The notes under the pieces are model-generated. The model worked only from the letters and a program-made list of their open reading frames with translations. It was not told the origin of the DNA and made no database searches. Positions 1 to 9,592 of a stretch of 64,000 bases of DNA are shown piece after piece. The DNA lies in IMG/VR virus record IMGVR_UViG_3300044617_000796, positions 44,841 through 108,840 of that record. One strand, given 5' to 3'. The position numbers were made by a program, and so were the translations under genes. Positions within the stretch are counted from its first letter, which is position 1; every line of letters starts with the position of its first letter. The stretch is from a virus.

Positions 1-1615
1 TCACTCCAGAATCTTGATTTTGACCACGCTCTGCTTGGGCTCCATCTGCTCTTGGGTCGCTTGTTGCCCCATCACCTGTTGGTGACTTAGGCGGTTCTGA
101 TGCAGAGTTGTTATCATTTCCAAAAGGAGCACCAGGACCATTTTTGCCTGAATCGTTTTGTTCTTTCTTAACATTCGTTGGGAATGGAAGAACTTCATCG
201 CCATCATATCTTTCTGGAAGACCGATCTGGCTTCTGACTTCGTTTGGCGTAATAACTTCTGTCCTAAGATATCTATCGTTAATTCTTGACTGGATGTCTT
301 CGTCAACCAAGTCAATCTTCTTAAGATGAATCTGCATTAGATCAGTAAACTCACCAACAATCCTATTTAGTTTTTTTTCAATAATTGCCTGATCTGGTCC
401 AATCACTTGCATCTTAAAACTCTTATCCGCATCTCTTGACACAGCCAGGTTTGCATTGTCATAAACTCCAACTTTCGGGGCAGGGACTCTGTTTGCTACA
501 AGAATTTCATCTCTGTTTGATTTACGATATTTATCAAATGATGAATCCTGAATTCCAGCTTCAAGTTTTTCAAACTTAATGTCAGTATTTGTTCCAAGGC
601 TGGCAGGAAGTGGAATTACCAATGTCCCATGATTACGACCTTTAACTTCATTTCTAAAGTAGTTAATCAATTCCTGTTTTGACTTATTACTAAGCTTTGC
701 ACCCTTAAGAATAATTGCATAACGGGGAATTGCTTTGTTTTCAAAATAATCAATGTTATATTCTTTTGCAAATTTATCACCAATGATCGCTGTTGCGGCT
801 GACACTGCGGAAGGAATTCCATAGTATGTATTGTTTGGTGAATAAATTTTAAAGTGGATTAATTCGTTAGGTTTTGGATCGTTATTAATTGGGTCTGGAG
901 TTTCTTTATCTTGAAACTGTCTAAAAAACACCGCTTGGATTTTATTTGTTTTTGCAATCTGCACATAACCGTCACGCTTTCTGCGAACACGAACTAGCGT
1001 TGCAGGGACATGTCCGATGTAACCAATCTTGCCAGCATTGTTTCTACCAATTTCAAGATATCCGTTCCCTACAGTTAAAACATCTTGCCAAACACGAACC
1101 ATTGTCTCAATCAATGTTTCTTCAATATTTAAACTTTCAAATGTTTCATCAAGATCTTCTTTTAAATCCTGATACTGCTGGCGAAGTCTTGTAAGTTTTT
1201 CTTCACCAGCTTGCGCTTTTTCAATTCTTCTTTTAGCCTTTAGTGTCTCTTGAAACTCGTAACCAAGACCAACTGTGTTCATAACTCTTGCATTAATAGC
1301 TGCATAATGAATTGCGCTTTGATCATACAAGCCAGCCAGCGTGTCTAGATCGTAAGGAGGGTTTACAATGTCGTAAAGTGAATATCCACTTACAACTTCT
1401 GGATCAACATATTTTGACTTGGTACCGTCTTCTCCTTCATGTTTCTTTTGAAGACGCACAGCTTTGCGCTTCATTTTTGGAGAAAGGCTGTCAATTTTTA
1501 CTAAATCAAACGGATCAAATGTTTCAACTTTACTTGTGAACCCCATGTATGAAATATCATCAATTTCTTGATCAAGAATAATTGTTTCTTCAACCAACTC
1601 TGTTTTACTTTCCAT
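1..1615 (-). CDS. Phage portal protein (PBSX/HK97-like), 3' end runs off the window
   Basis: Missing from the ORF track because it has no stop in the window. Manual translation from ATG 1615: MESKTELVEE...NPPYDLDTLAGLY...GNGYLEIGRN...NELIHFKIYSPNNTYYGIPS...YFENKAIPRYAII...RVPAPKVG...VITPNEVRSQIGLP, typical portal motifs. Confidence 0.9.
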   Translation of the reverse strand, partial: MESKTELVEETIILDQEIDDISYMGFTSKVETFDPFDLVKIDSLSPKMKRKAVRLQKKHEGEDGTKSKYVDPEVVSGYSLYDIVNPPYDLDTLAGLYDQSAIHYAAINARVMNTVGLGYEFQETLKAKRRIEKAQAGEEKLTRLRQQYQDLKEDLDETFESLNIEETLIETMVRVWQDVLTVGNGYLEIGRNNAGKIGYIGHVPATLVRVRRKRDGYVQIAKTNKIQAVFFRQFQDKETPDPINNDPKPNELIHFKIYSPNNTYYGIPSAVSAATAIIGDKFAKEYNIDYFENKAIPRYAIILKGAKLSNKSKQELINYFRNEVKGRNHGTLVIPLPASLGTNTDIKFEKLEAGIQDSSFDKYRKSNRDEILVANRVPAPKVGVYDNANLAVSRDADKSFKMQVIGPDQAIIEKKLNRIVGEFTDLMQIHLKKIDLVDEDIQSRINDRYLRTEVITPNEVRSQIGLPERYDGDEVLPFPTNVKKEQNDSGKNGPGAPFGNDNNSASEPPKSPTGDGATSDPRADGAQAERGQNQDSGV

Positions 1616-1952
1616 TAGCGCTCCTGTTTGAGAAATGATCGTCATACATATCTTCAAATGGATCAGCTATCAAACCATCATTCAACCTTTCAACCTGATC
1701 ATCCTTTTCTGATGCTGAGATTTTTCTTGCACCAGCAACCCACTTAACTAAACCATCAGCATCACCGCTCCAGTAGCGACCAGCTTCCAAAACCCTTCTT
1801 TCAACATCTAGGTCATACATAAGACCTTCGGCGCACAGCACGCCTCCATCTCCATCTGAAAGGGCTTCATCTTTTGAAGTAAAGTAAACACACACACCGT
1901 GAGGTCTTTCTGGAACCCAGATGTTTTTGCTTTTAATCATATTTGACGACAT
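1605..1952 (-). CDS. Hypothetical protein upstream of portal
   Basis: 115-aa ORF overlapping the portal start; TATAAT 7 nt upstream of ATG. Confidence 0.75.
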   Translation of the reverse strand: MSSNMIKSKNIWVPERPHGVCVYFTSKDEALSDGDGGVLCAEGLMYDLDVERRVLEAGRYWSGDADGLVKWVAGARKISASEKDDQVERLNDGLIADPFEDMYDDHFSNRSANGK

Positions 1953-2005
1953 ACGGTAAATTATACACCACTTTTATTAAAAAATGATACACAAGTGTTC
2001 AGATA

Positions 2006-3934
2006 TCAACGAATTGGGCATGCGCCTGTAGCACAGTCATCTAATTCAATTGATAAATCGCTTGACATCTGTTGCAATGGTACAGAAAGGTTGAGTTTTG
2101 ACAATGTTTTGTCATACTCTTCCTTTGTAATCTCCTCGTAAGGGGGCAAAGGGAAGTTATGGTCTACATGCAAAAGGAACGATACAGACTTGACACTCTT
2201 ATCATAATTCTTTGCCAGCCATTCTTGAATAGCTGGGAGTTCCTCTTTGCGGTAATAAACTGTCACTGAAACCGCATTATCTGCCCACTCAGCCTGCATC
2301 TTCTTAACCCATTCAAGTTGCTCAATAGCAGTCATGTTTGCTGCCAACACTGCACCCTCTGGTGATTTGCATGGGAACTCAACAACATATCGGCTGTGAT
2401 CTTCTCTACCATCAAGCCCCATATCCCAAGTAACTTTATAACCACGCTTCCTGCATGCGTCAACAAGCGGGTCAACCGAACTAAACCGAACCCTGCGAAT
2501 GTAGTACTGAGCAAAGGCTGGGTGAATTCCAGGAGTAACACCTGGAAGTAAGGACAGCGTTCCAGATGGCTGGACAGTAGTCAAGCGAACAGACTCAGGG
2601 AAGCCTTGTTCACGAGAGTAGTCTTTATCCAGCGCCCGCAAGTATTCATAAGCCGTTTTCAGCCATCCAATTTGAACCTCTGTGCACTGCAAAATTCCAG
2701 TTACAGACTGTCCAAGTCTTGCGTTCTTATGAACAACAGTGTTTGTTTTTTCATATGGGTACGAAAGCCTTGTGATCTGCTTTTGCACCATGTACAAAAG
2801 TCTTGAGATTTCCATGAGTTGTGCTAGCGATTCAATGTTTGGCAAAAAGATTGTTGCAAGGTTGCATGACTCACCATCTGCAAGTGCAATCTCTGCGCAT
2901 GGGTTGAAACCCTCAATAGTTGGGTCTGGCATCTTCTCGCCCAATCTTCCGTGTGTTCTTGCAAGCTTTCTATTCAACAAACCGTATGGCTCGCCAGTTC
3001 CGTCATAACCTTTCCAGAACTCTGCAACAATTTCATCATACGAGTCGGCATAGATAGAGTTGTTTGAGTTTGCTCTCCATGCAGGAACATTGCCGCTACC
3101 CCAATTCTTTGCTCTAATAAACAACATGTCATCAGGGTCTCCAATTGCAATCTGCGCCGATCTGCGTGATGAACCAGAGACAACAATTCTTCCAATGATG
3201 TTGCAAATATCAAGAACATCAATTGAACGAAGCTTCTTTCCAACTCTCTGATCTAAAACTTTTGAAATATCTACAATGCCATCTACAAGCGCACCAGAGC
3301 CAGAGGCTGTTCCACCAAATGTCTTGAGTGGTGTTCCAAACTCACGAATCAACAAAGTTGAGTATGTAAAAGATTTACCAGTTACAAAGTAGGACTCAAG
3401 AACTTTATGGAGCAATTCCCTCCAGCCCTGTCTTGAGTCTGGAACAATAAAATCTGCGTCATTTGTTTTTTCGGCTGTAATGTAATCTACTTTTTTAACC
3501 TTTGGCAAATCATGAATCTTTGAACGCTCAACAGAAAAACCAACCCCACCGCCAAGCATCAAGTAATCAAACAGAAGTTCAAAATCTTCAATCTTCTCAA
3601 TGTTTGTAAAAAAACAATTATTAAGAGAAGTTCCTGAGAACTTCTTTACAAGAGGCGTACCAAGTTGCCAGAGGGCTCTGCCAGAAACTGAGCACCTAAG
3701 GTTGAACATGTGATCAAACAAAGCTTCCGCTTCAGATTGCGTAAATGGAACTCCAATTTCAATAGCGCCATCAATAATTCTCTTGATTGTTTCAACCCAG
3801 GTCTCACTTCTGTCGGTTCCTTCAACTTTACGACTATATGTTCTTAAATAAACTACTTCTCCAAGACCACCAAAACCCCAAGGTGCGGTTCTTGAATTAT
3901 AGCTATTAATAAAATCTGTTGTAAAAATTGACAT
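2006..3934 (-). CDS. nrdJ: Class II (adenosylcobalamin-dependent) ribonucleotide reductase, monomeric RTPR type
   Basis: YLRTYSR, SLNNC, GGGVGF, RRSAQIA, NPCAEI (thiyl Cys), TTVQPSGTLSLL and C-terminal CATGACPIR. Confidence 0.95.
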   Translation of the reverse strand: MSIFTTDFINSYNSRTAPWGFGGLGEVVYLRTYSRKVEGTDRSETWVETIKRIIDGAIEIGVPFTQSEAEALFDHMFNLRCSVSGRALWQLGTPLVKKFSGTSLNNCFFTNIEKIEDFELLFDYLMLGGGVGFSVERSKIHDLPKVKKVDYITAEKTNDADFIVPDSRQGWRELLHKVLESYFVTGKSFTYSTLLIREFGTPLKTFGGTASGSGALVDGIVDISKVLDQRVGKKLRSIDVLDICNIIGRIVVSGSSRRSAQIAIGDPDDMLFIRAKNWGSGNVPAWRANSNNSIYADSYDEIVAEFWKGYDGTGEPYGLLNRKLARTHGRLGEKMPDPTIEGFNPCAEIALADGESCNLATIFLPNIESLAQLMEISRLLYMVQKQITRLSYPYEKTNTVVHKNARLGQSVTGILQCTEVQIGWLKTAYEYLRALDKDYSREQGFPESVRLTTVQPSGTLSLLPGVTPGIHPAFAQYYIRRVRFSSVDPLVDACRKRGYKVTWDMGLDGREDHSRYVVEFPCKSPEGAVLAANMTAIEQLEWVKKMQAEWADNAVSVTVYYRKEELPAIQEWLAKNYDKSVKSVSFLLHVDHNFPLPPYEEITKEEYDKTLSKLNLSVPLQQMSSDLSIELDDCATGACPIR

Positions 3935-4006
3935 GACATACCTCCAAAAGTAAGAACAACCATCTTACCCTGCGGGCAGACTCGGTGCAACCAAAAATAC
4001 TTAGGT

Positions 4007-5020
4007 CTAAGAGAAATTATTTTCGTAGAAAACTATTCTTTCAAGAATTTTATCTGCAACGCTTGACCAAGAGTGCTCGTTGTGCAGTGTGCGTGCAGAT
4101 TGAATTGTATATTTTTTAAACTCATCATATTCAGAAACAACATGAGTCATAAGATCCATCAATTGTTCCATATCAGGATAAGCCCATAACCCTGTGTCTT
4201 CACCGTACTGATGGCTATTCCAATCCGCATTACCCATCTTGCATGAAAGAGGTATTGAATATTTTGCAAAATCACTACATCCAGTTGCATCTGTCACAAT
4301 TGTTGGCATACCAGTACAAATTGCTTCAAAAGGTATCATACCAAAACCTTCACCACTAGTTGGGTAAACAAGGCAATGACATTTGTGATAGAGCTTAACT
4401 AAATCCTCCGTGCTTAAGTTATCTGGAATACCGTATATTTGAGGATGCTGAATAGCTGGAACAAGATTGTTGTCAATATAAACTTCTGCCTGGCAAAAAC
4501 CATTGTATTTAAGTACAAGCTTAAAGTCATCATTACCTTCATAAAGATCAAGAAATGCATCAACAACCATTTGCGCATTTTTTCTTTTTGAATCACCGCC
4601 AACATGCAAGAAATTAAATGTCCCTGTGACTTCTCTATCAATTATTTTGAATTCATCAGAGATGCCGTGCGGAATAACATGAATGTTATGATGCACATTG
4701 TTTTGAATATATACATCTTTTACAAAATTAGATGTAGCCCATATCTCATCCATTTGTTGCATGTTGTATTTCCAACCAACTGGGATTTTGGTTGACTCCC
4801 AAGGAGTATATCCTACCTTGTATAAACTCTGCATTTGATAGTAATGAGGCTGACAGAAGTTAACATGGAAAGGTATTTCATTCCTATTGTAGAACACAGC
4901 TACATCTTTCTCTCTAAGAGCAGCAATAGTGCTAATAGCCGCATTGCTATAGCCTTGACTATACCAATGGACACCACTAACATCAATACTACCAGGACTA
5001 AACCAGCTGATTTTTTTCAT
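4007..5020 (-). CDS. Glycosyltransferase, GT-B/GT4-like
   Basis: RKN...VYPTSGEGFGMIPFEAICTGMP (EX7E-type motif). Confidence 0.9.
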   Translation of the reverse strand: MKKISWFSPGSIDVSGVHWYSQGYSNAAISTIAALREKDVAVFYNRNEIPFHVNFCQPHYYQMQSLYKVGYTPWESTKIPVGWKYNMQQMDEIWATSNFVKDVYIQNNVHHNIHVIPHGISDEFKIIDREVTGTFNFLHVGGDSKRKNAQMVVDAFLDLYEGNDDFKLVLKYNGFCQAEVYIDNNLVPAIQHPQIYGIPDNLSTEDLVKLYHKCHCLVYPTSGEGFGMIPFEAICTGMPTIVTDATGCSDFAKYSIPLSCKMGNADWNSHQYGEDTGLWAYPDMEQLMDLMTHVVSEYDEFKKYTIQSARTLHNEHSWSSVADKILERIVFYENNFS

Positions 5021-5026
5021 AAAATA

Positions 5027-5272
5027 CTATGTGCGCTTTCGCTTTTTTTTTGGTTCCTCAATTGTTCCATTAAAGTCTAAACAGTTTACACCATTTTTAA
5101 AAAAAATTTCTGCGTCTTTTTCAGAAATCTCGCAGGTGACTGGGATGTGTGTGAACATACATCTTGAAGCTGCTACATAGTAATCATTCATTTTTATGAT
5201 TGAGATGAAATCGGAGTCCATTATGGCAGCACCGCTGCATTCATCAGACTCAACAATCCCGACAATTCTCAT
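5027..5272 (-). CDS. Hypothetical protein
   Basis: 81-aa ORF; TATACT 6 nt upstream of ATG. Confidence 0.7.
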   Translation of the reverse strand: MRIVGIVESDECSGAAIMDSDFISIIKMNDYYVAASRCMFTHIPVTCEISEKDAEIFFKNGVNCLDFNGTIEEPKKKRKRT

Positions 5273-5472
5273 AACTGAAGTATACCACCGTATTCTTTAT
5301 ACTAAGAGTACCAAGTGTACTAGTATACTTAATTGTTTATAAGTATATAAGTATATAGAGTACCTCGCTCGCTTTGCATGCGAAGCATACCAGTATTTTG
5401 CGACTTTTGCATCACTTTTGCAATTTTTTTTTATTCAATCAAATCTGGGAAAAGATGGTGTATCATATACCT

Positions 5473-5649
5473 ATGAACTTCTTTTACTTTGTAATTTACG
5501 CCGCTTATTTGGTACTTAATGCATTAATGTTTAAACTCGCAATTAGCTGGGGTTTTGAACACCAAATTGGTTGGAAGTCTGCTTTGATGTTTTCTTTCTT
5601 AGCAAGCAGTTTTGCTCTATTCCATAAAAATCGTGCTAAACCCGAATGA
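5473..5649 (+). CDS. Small membrane protein
   Basis: MNFFYFVIYAAYLVLNALMF..., two hydrophobic segments; TATCAT 6 nt upstream of ATG 5473. Confidence 0.65.
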   Translation: MNFFYFVIYAAYLVLNALMFKLAISWGFEHQIGWKSALMFSFLASSFALFHKNRAKPE

Positions 5650-6034
5650 CATTGATTTCTCATATCTAGAAGGTAAGAGAGTACTTGTTCTCTCAGATAC
5701 AAGCTATAGACATGAGTATATAGTTAACTTTATTGAGAAGCTTAACAAATCTAAAGTTTATATTTATATATCTCCAGCTACAACTTCTAGGTTTATTAAA
5801 CTGTGGACAAAGACTGCAATTGATAAGAATGCTGAAATTATTTACGATAAACATTATGAATATTTTTATACAAATAAAATTGATGATTATGAAATATGCA
5901 TTATACTTGGTAAAAAGAAATCAAAAGAAACTCCCATATTAACTAGATTAGTTCGTGACATGCTTTTGACTTATAAGAATATAACAATTGTTACAGAAAA
6001 AGGAATTGATTGCGATGAGAATTATACCGTATGA
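5633..6034 (+). CDS. Hypothetical protein (Rossmann-like alpha/beta pattern)
   Basis: ORF tightly packed with neighbours; start uncertain (GTG 5633). Confidence 0.6.
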   Translation: MLNPNDIDFSYLEGKRVLVLSDTSYRHEYIVNFIEKLNKSKVYIYISPATTSRFIKLWTKTAIDKNAEIIYDKHYEYFYTNKIDDYEICIILGKKKSKETPILTRLVRDMLLTYKNITIVTEKGIDCDENYTV

Positions 6035-6263
6035 TGGCGAAGAAAATTTAGAAGATATTGAGAGCCTTTCTATTGTGATTAAAGCTGTTCCATTTGAAGG
6101 AAGTTTTGTTCCAGCCTTCTTTATACAAAGTCCAGAAGATAATTATCCAATGACGCTGGATGAAGTTAATTCTTTAATGGATGGAGTTGAAATTGCAAGA
6201 AACTCTTTAGATCACATTATTGCTTATTTAATAAGACAAGACTTTGATGGAGGAAGTTTGTAA
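6015..6263 (+). CDS. Hypothetical protein
   Basis: AGGA SD before ATG 6015; TAATG overlap with next gene. Confidence 0.7.
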   Translation: MRIIPYDGEENLEDIESLSIVIKAVPFEGSFVPAFFIQSPEDNYPMTLDEVNSLMDGVEIARNSLDHIIAYLIRQDFDGGSL

Positions 6264-6550
6264 TGTTGTTGGGTGGTTTAAAAAAAGACTTTCCTTATCC
6301 AGATAAATTGTGCCCGTATTGCAATTGGTTGCTTGTGCCAGTTAATGCAATACATTGGCAAGAGGATATATATCAATACAAAGCTTTATATTTAGACAAG
6401 AATCCCGACTGTCCTGCTTATAATGAAGGTGCAAGACGGGCTTATGCTCGGATATACTATACATCAGAGGATGCCTTCTTTTACTTCAAAGATGTTCAAA
6501 TGCCAGTACAGCGCTGGACTCAAGAGGAGCTATATTCGTATTACCAATAA
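6263..6550 (+). CDS. Hypothetical protein with CxxC motif
   Basis: GGAGG SD; CPYC. Confidence 0.7.
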   Translation: MLLGGLKKDFPYPDKLCPYCNWLLVPVNAIHWQEDIYQYKALYLDKNPDCPAYNEGARRAYARIYYTSEDAFFYFKDVQMPVQRWTQEELYSYYQ

Positions 6551-6569
6551 TATGGTAAAATATTAGATT

Positions 6570-7400
6570 ATGTCATCAAATAACAACCCCGAAAATAATC
6601 TGTCAGAAGAAGAAATTGAGTATGCAATCAAATCTTTGAAGGAATGGTTCAAGGAAAAATGGGTTGATATTTCAAGACCAAAGCCTGGTGGTGGGTTTGA
6701 ACCATGTGGTCGTGCAGATGCAGCATCTGGTAAATATCCAAAATGTGTACCCGCTTCAAGAGCAGCAAGAATGACACCAGAGCAAATTGCCTCGGCTGTC
6801 AGAAGAAAAAGAACCGCAGAGTCTACTCAGCAAAGACAAGATAAGAAGCCAATAAATGTTTCAACAGAAAAAGCTGAAACAAGAAACATTCCAACAGACC
6901 CAGCCTTATACGCTAGAGTTAAAGCAGCAGCTAAAGCTAAATTTGATGTTTACCCATCGGCATACGCAAACGCATGGCTTGTCCGTGAATATAAAAAAAG
7001 AGGCGGAGGCTATAGAACAGTAAGTAAAGGCTTTGATGTTTATAAAGTTGCAGAAGATCTAGCGGAAGAAGAGGCAGCTCTTGCTGATGCTCTTGTAACT
7101 ATTGCCAGAAATTATGGAAAGTTTAACGAAGATGAAACTGGCATCTGGGCTGGCTATGAGAGCGCTGCAGAAAATGAAGTCAAAAATATTGGTGTTAAGT
7201 GCTCTAATTGTGTTCTTTACGAAGGCGATGGGGTTTGTGAAATTATTGCTCAAAAAGTTGAGGATGAGGGAATGTGTAGATTTGCCATCATTCCAGATGG
7301 CGTTGTTAAGCCAGAGGAAGAAGATGACGATATGGAAGATGAAATGGGTAAAAGTGTTGAATCTAGCCTCGCTGATGAGGTTATAGAAAATTTACTATGA
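6570..7400 (+). CDS. Multi-module protein with a C-terminal HiPIP-like four-Cys domain
   Basis: Basic modules WFKEKWVD..CGR..YPKCVP and DPALYARVK..YPSAYANAWLVREYKKRGG, then KCSNCVLY-x5-C-x12-CRF. Confidence 0.75.
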   Translation: MSSNNNPENNLSEEEIEYAIKSLKEWFKEKWVDISRPKPGGGFEPCGRADAASGKYPKCVPASRAARMTPEQIASAVRRKRTAESTQQRQDKKPINVSTEKAETRNIPTDPALYARVKAAAKAKFDVYPSAYANAWLVREYKKRGGGYRTVSKGFDVYKVAEDLAEEEAALADALVTIARNYGKFNEDETGIWAGYESAAENEVKNIGVKCSNCVLYEGDGVCEIIAQKVEDEGMCRFAIIPDGVVKPEEEDDDMEDEMGKSVESSLADEVIENLL

Positions 7401-7437
7401 TATGCTATTAAGCATATCTTAAATACAAGGAGAATAT

Positions 7438-7821
7438 ATGAAAGACAATATGAAGAAAATGGTCTCTGACCATACCGCAATGAAATCTTGGCATGAATCA
7501 GCAGCAAAGACTGCTGCTGAGCAGATGCAAGACCATGTTAAAGCTGCTGCATGGCACAGCTCGCAGGTTGATATTATCAAGGGAATGATTCAAGAAGTTC
7601 CTCTTGACCCAGAGAAAAAGAGCTCTAGTATCCCAGCCGCTGGCTCAGCATCCACCCCAACTTCTGGTGCTGGAAAGACATCACCAACAAAGGAAGTTCC
7701 TCTTGACCCAAAAACTGTTAAGAAGGGCGATCTTGTAGAAATGCTTTCGCAACACGAAGAACAGTTTGGGAAGTTTGACATGCCAGTAGAAGACATCGCA
7801 AGCTTCTTGCTCGCAGAGTAA
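7438..7821 (+). CDS. Hypothetical protein
   Basis: AAGGAG SD; EVPLDP occurs twice. Confidence 0.75.
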   Translation: MKDNMKKMVSDHTAMKSWHESAAKTAAEQMQDHVKAAAWHSSQVDIIKGMIQEVPLDPEKKSSSIPAAGSASTPTSGAGKTSPTKEVPLDPKTVKKGDLVEMLSQHEEQFGKFDMPVEDIASFLLAE

Positions 7822-7830
7822 TGGCTAGAG

Positions 7831-8022
7831 TTGGAAACGATCACTGTTGCGCTAATTGCTGCTGTAGGAGGAATCCTGGCGGCTCTGGTGCAAAAGAGCA
7901 GAGTGGAAAACAAAAACGATCATGGTATAGTCGCTTCTTTACTTCAAGATCTTCATGAAGATGTTGCCAAAGTAGAAGATAAACTAGACAATCACATTGA
8001 TTGGCATTTAAAGAGAAAATAA
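7831..8022 (+). CDS. Small TM plus coiled-coil protein (holin-like/lysis-associated type)
   Basis: N-terminal TM helix ITVALIAAVGGILAAL, C-terminal VEDKLDNHIDWH. Confidence 0.6.
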   Translation: METITVALIAAVGGILAALVQKSRVENKNDHGIVASLLQDLHEDVAKVEDKLDNHIDWHLKRK

Positions 8023-8026
8023 ATTT

Positions 8027-8100
8027 TAACGGGCGTTTCTTGACTGTAGTATTCCGAAAGGTTGCTGTAGGTACAGGGAGCGCCCGTTATTTATTTTTAT
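8027..8100 (+). terminator. Long hairpin with T-rich tail (terminator or structured RNA)
   Basis: TAACGGGCGTTTCTTG pairs with CAGGGAGCGCCCGTTA (G-U pairs on + strand), apical CC-GAAA-GG, followed by TTTATTTTTAT. Confidence 0.6.
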
Positions 8101-8165
8101 AAAAACTGCTTGATTTCCATTTTTATAAATGGTAAGATTTCATTCTTCAATAGAAAGGATGCAAA

Positions 8166-8621
8166 ATGTCAGAAGAAATTGTCAACGAGGAAGAAACCAG
8201 CTTTACTAGTACAGCCGAGTTCTCTAGGGTATATGATCAATTGATTTCCAAGATTCCAGTAAATGACCACAGAGTAGCCTCATGTGTTATCTACGGTCAC
8301 TACAGACAATGGAATGTACAAAAGACATGCAAGTATTACGGAATTTCCATTGAAGAATATAATCATTATTCAGAAATATTTAACTTCAAACAAAGGATGG
8401 TAAAAGAAATGACTGGTAGAAAATCAAAGCAAGACAACATCGTTAATTTTTTAAAAGTAAATGTTGGCAAAGTTGTTACCCCAGTACAAGTAGCTACTGA
8501 CACACAAATTTCACTTCCAACATTTTACAATTTTTACAACGCAAATCGTTCTTACTTTAAGAAGGTAAAGCGTGGTCATTTTGAAATTGTAAATCCAGAA
8601 ATGGAAAGAGCTAACGCTTAA
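8166..8621 (+). CDS. Hypothetical protein, possible HTH DNA-binding
   Basis: AAGGA SD; PVQVATDTQISLPTFYNF resembles an HTH. Confidence 0.65.
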   Translation: MSEEIVNEEETSFTSTAEFSRVYDQLISKIPVNDHRVASCVIYGHYRQWNVQKTCKYYGISIEEYNHYSEIFNFKQRMVKEMTGRKSKQDNIVNFLKVNVGKVVTPVQVATDTQISLPTFYNFYNANRSYFKKVKRGHFEIVNPEMERANA

Positions 8622-8630
8622 TCGGGATAT

Positions 8631-8855
8631 ATGAGCAACCAACAATGGTCATGGTTATTAGCATCAATGGGCATTGTTGGGATGTTCTTTATCGGTAAGA
8701 AAAAATGGGAAGCTTTTTTGTGGATGATCTGCGTAGAATGTTTTTGGACATACTACGCAGTAATCACAAAGCAATATGGTTTCATATTAGGATCATTTGC
8801 ATACGGAATTGTTTATTTAAGAAACGCTTTTATATGGAGAAGAAATGACAGATAA
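8631..8855 (+). CDS. Small three-TM membrane protein (PnuC-like half-transporter pattern)
   Basis: WSWLLASMGIVGMFFIGKKKWEAFLW..., three hydrophobic helices. Confidence 0.65.
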   Translation: MSNQQWSWLLASMGIVGMFFIGKKKWEAFLWMICVECFWTYYAVITKQYGFILGSFAYGIVYLRNAFIWRRNDR

Positions 8856-9099
8856 TTTTTATGACCCAGAGAAAAACTACAACCCCTGGGCGGTTGAAAG
8901 AAGTTTTGAAGATTGGCTTCTTCTTGGAATAAACAACGGTTGGATTTCTAGACCAGTTTGTTCAACACATGATGGATTACCAAGCACTCGTGACGAAGAT
9001 GTTGAGTGGGATGAGGGCGGAGACCCATGTGTTTATGCAGTACGCCTTTTTGCTGATGAGAGTGAAAAGAAAGCTGTGGAAGATAACTGTGGTATATAA
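8845..9099 (+). CDS. Hypothetical protein
   Basis: GGAG SD; GWISRPVCSTHDGLP...DPCV. Confidence 0.75.
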   Translation: MTDNFYDPEKNYNPWAVERSFEDWLLLGINNGWISRPVCSTHDGLPSTRDEDVEWDEGGDPCVYAVRLFADESEKKAVEDNCGI

Positions 9100-9100
9100 A

Positions 9101-9592
9101 ATGGCAAGACAGCCAGCAAAGGTTGAAGAGATGGATGCTTGGGTTATCCGCTATGTAAATAAACTTAAGAACATGATGGGTTTATCCAATTGGACAATTT
9201 TAATGCAAGCAAAGCCATCTAGTGCTGATGCTTTAGGAGAGACAGAGGTTATTCACGGTCAACACCTAGCAAAGATGTATCTACACAAAGACTTCAGAAA
9301 AGACTCCCCAGAAGATATTCGTGCAACAATTGTTCATGAGTTACTTCATTGCCACTTGGCTGTTCTTGAAGAGGCGGTGCATGAAGTTCTTAAGCCAGAC
9401 TCGGATGATGCAAAAGCAAAAGCTGTGCACAAGATGGTTATCTCCCTTATTGAATATGAGAACGAAAGAATTATTGACAGTCTTGCAGAATCAATGGGTA
9501 AATGGATGCCTGTTCCTGATATGCCCAAGGCAAGGGAGAAAAAGAAAGCAGTAAAGAAAGTGGTGAAGAAACAGGTAAGAGGCAAAAAGTAA
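9101..9592 (+). CDS. Putative zinc metallopeptidase-like protein
   Basis: TIVHELLHCH (HExxH); start at ATG 9101. Confidence 0.65.
   Translation: MARQPAKVEEMDAWVIRYVNKLKNMMGLSNWTILMQAKPSSADALGETEVIHGQHLAKMYLHKDFRKDSPEDIRATIVHELLHCHLAVLEEAVHEVLKPDSDDAKAKAVHKMVISLIEYENERIIDSLAESMGKWMPVPDMPKAREKKKAVKKVVKKQVRGKK

Noticed and set aside
1-1539. Short ORFs 1..315, 108..329, 946..1194, 1312..1539
   Set aside because: They are shadows of the long minus-strand portal frame that the ORF track missed.
8027-8089. SRP (4.5S) RNA
   Set aside because: The conserved CAGG...AGCAG internal loop around the tetraloop is absent.
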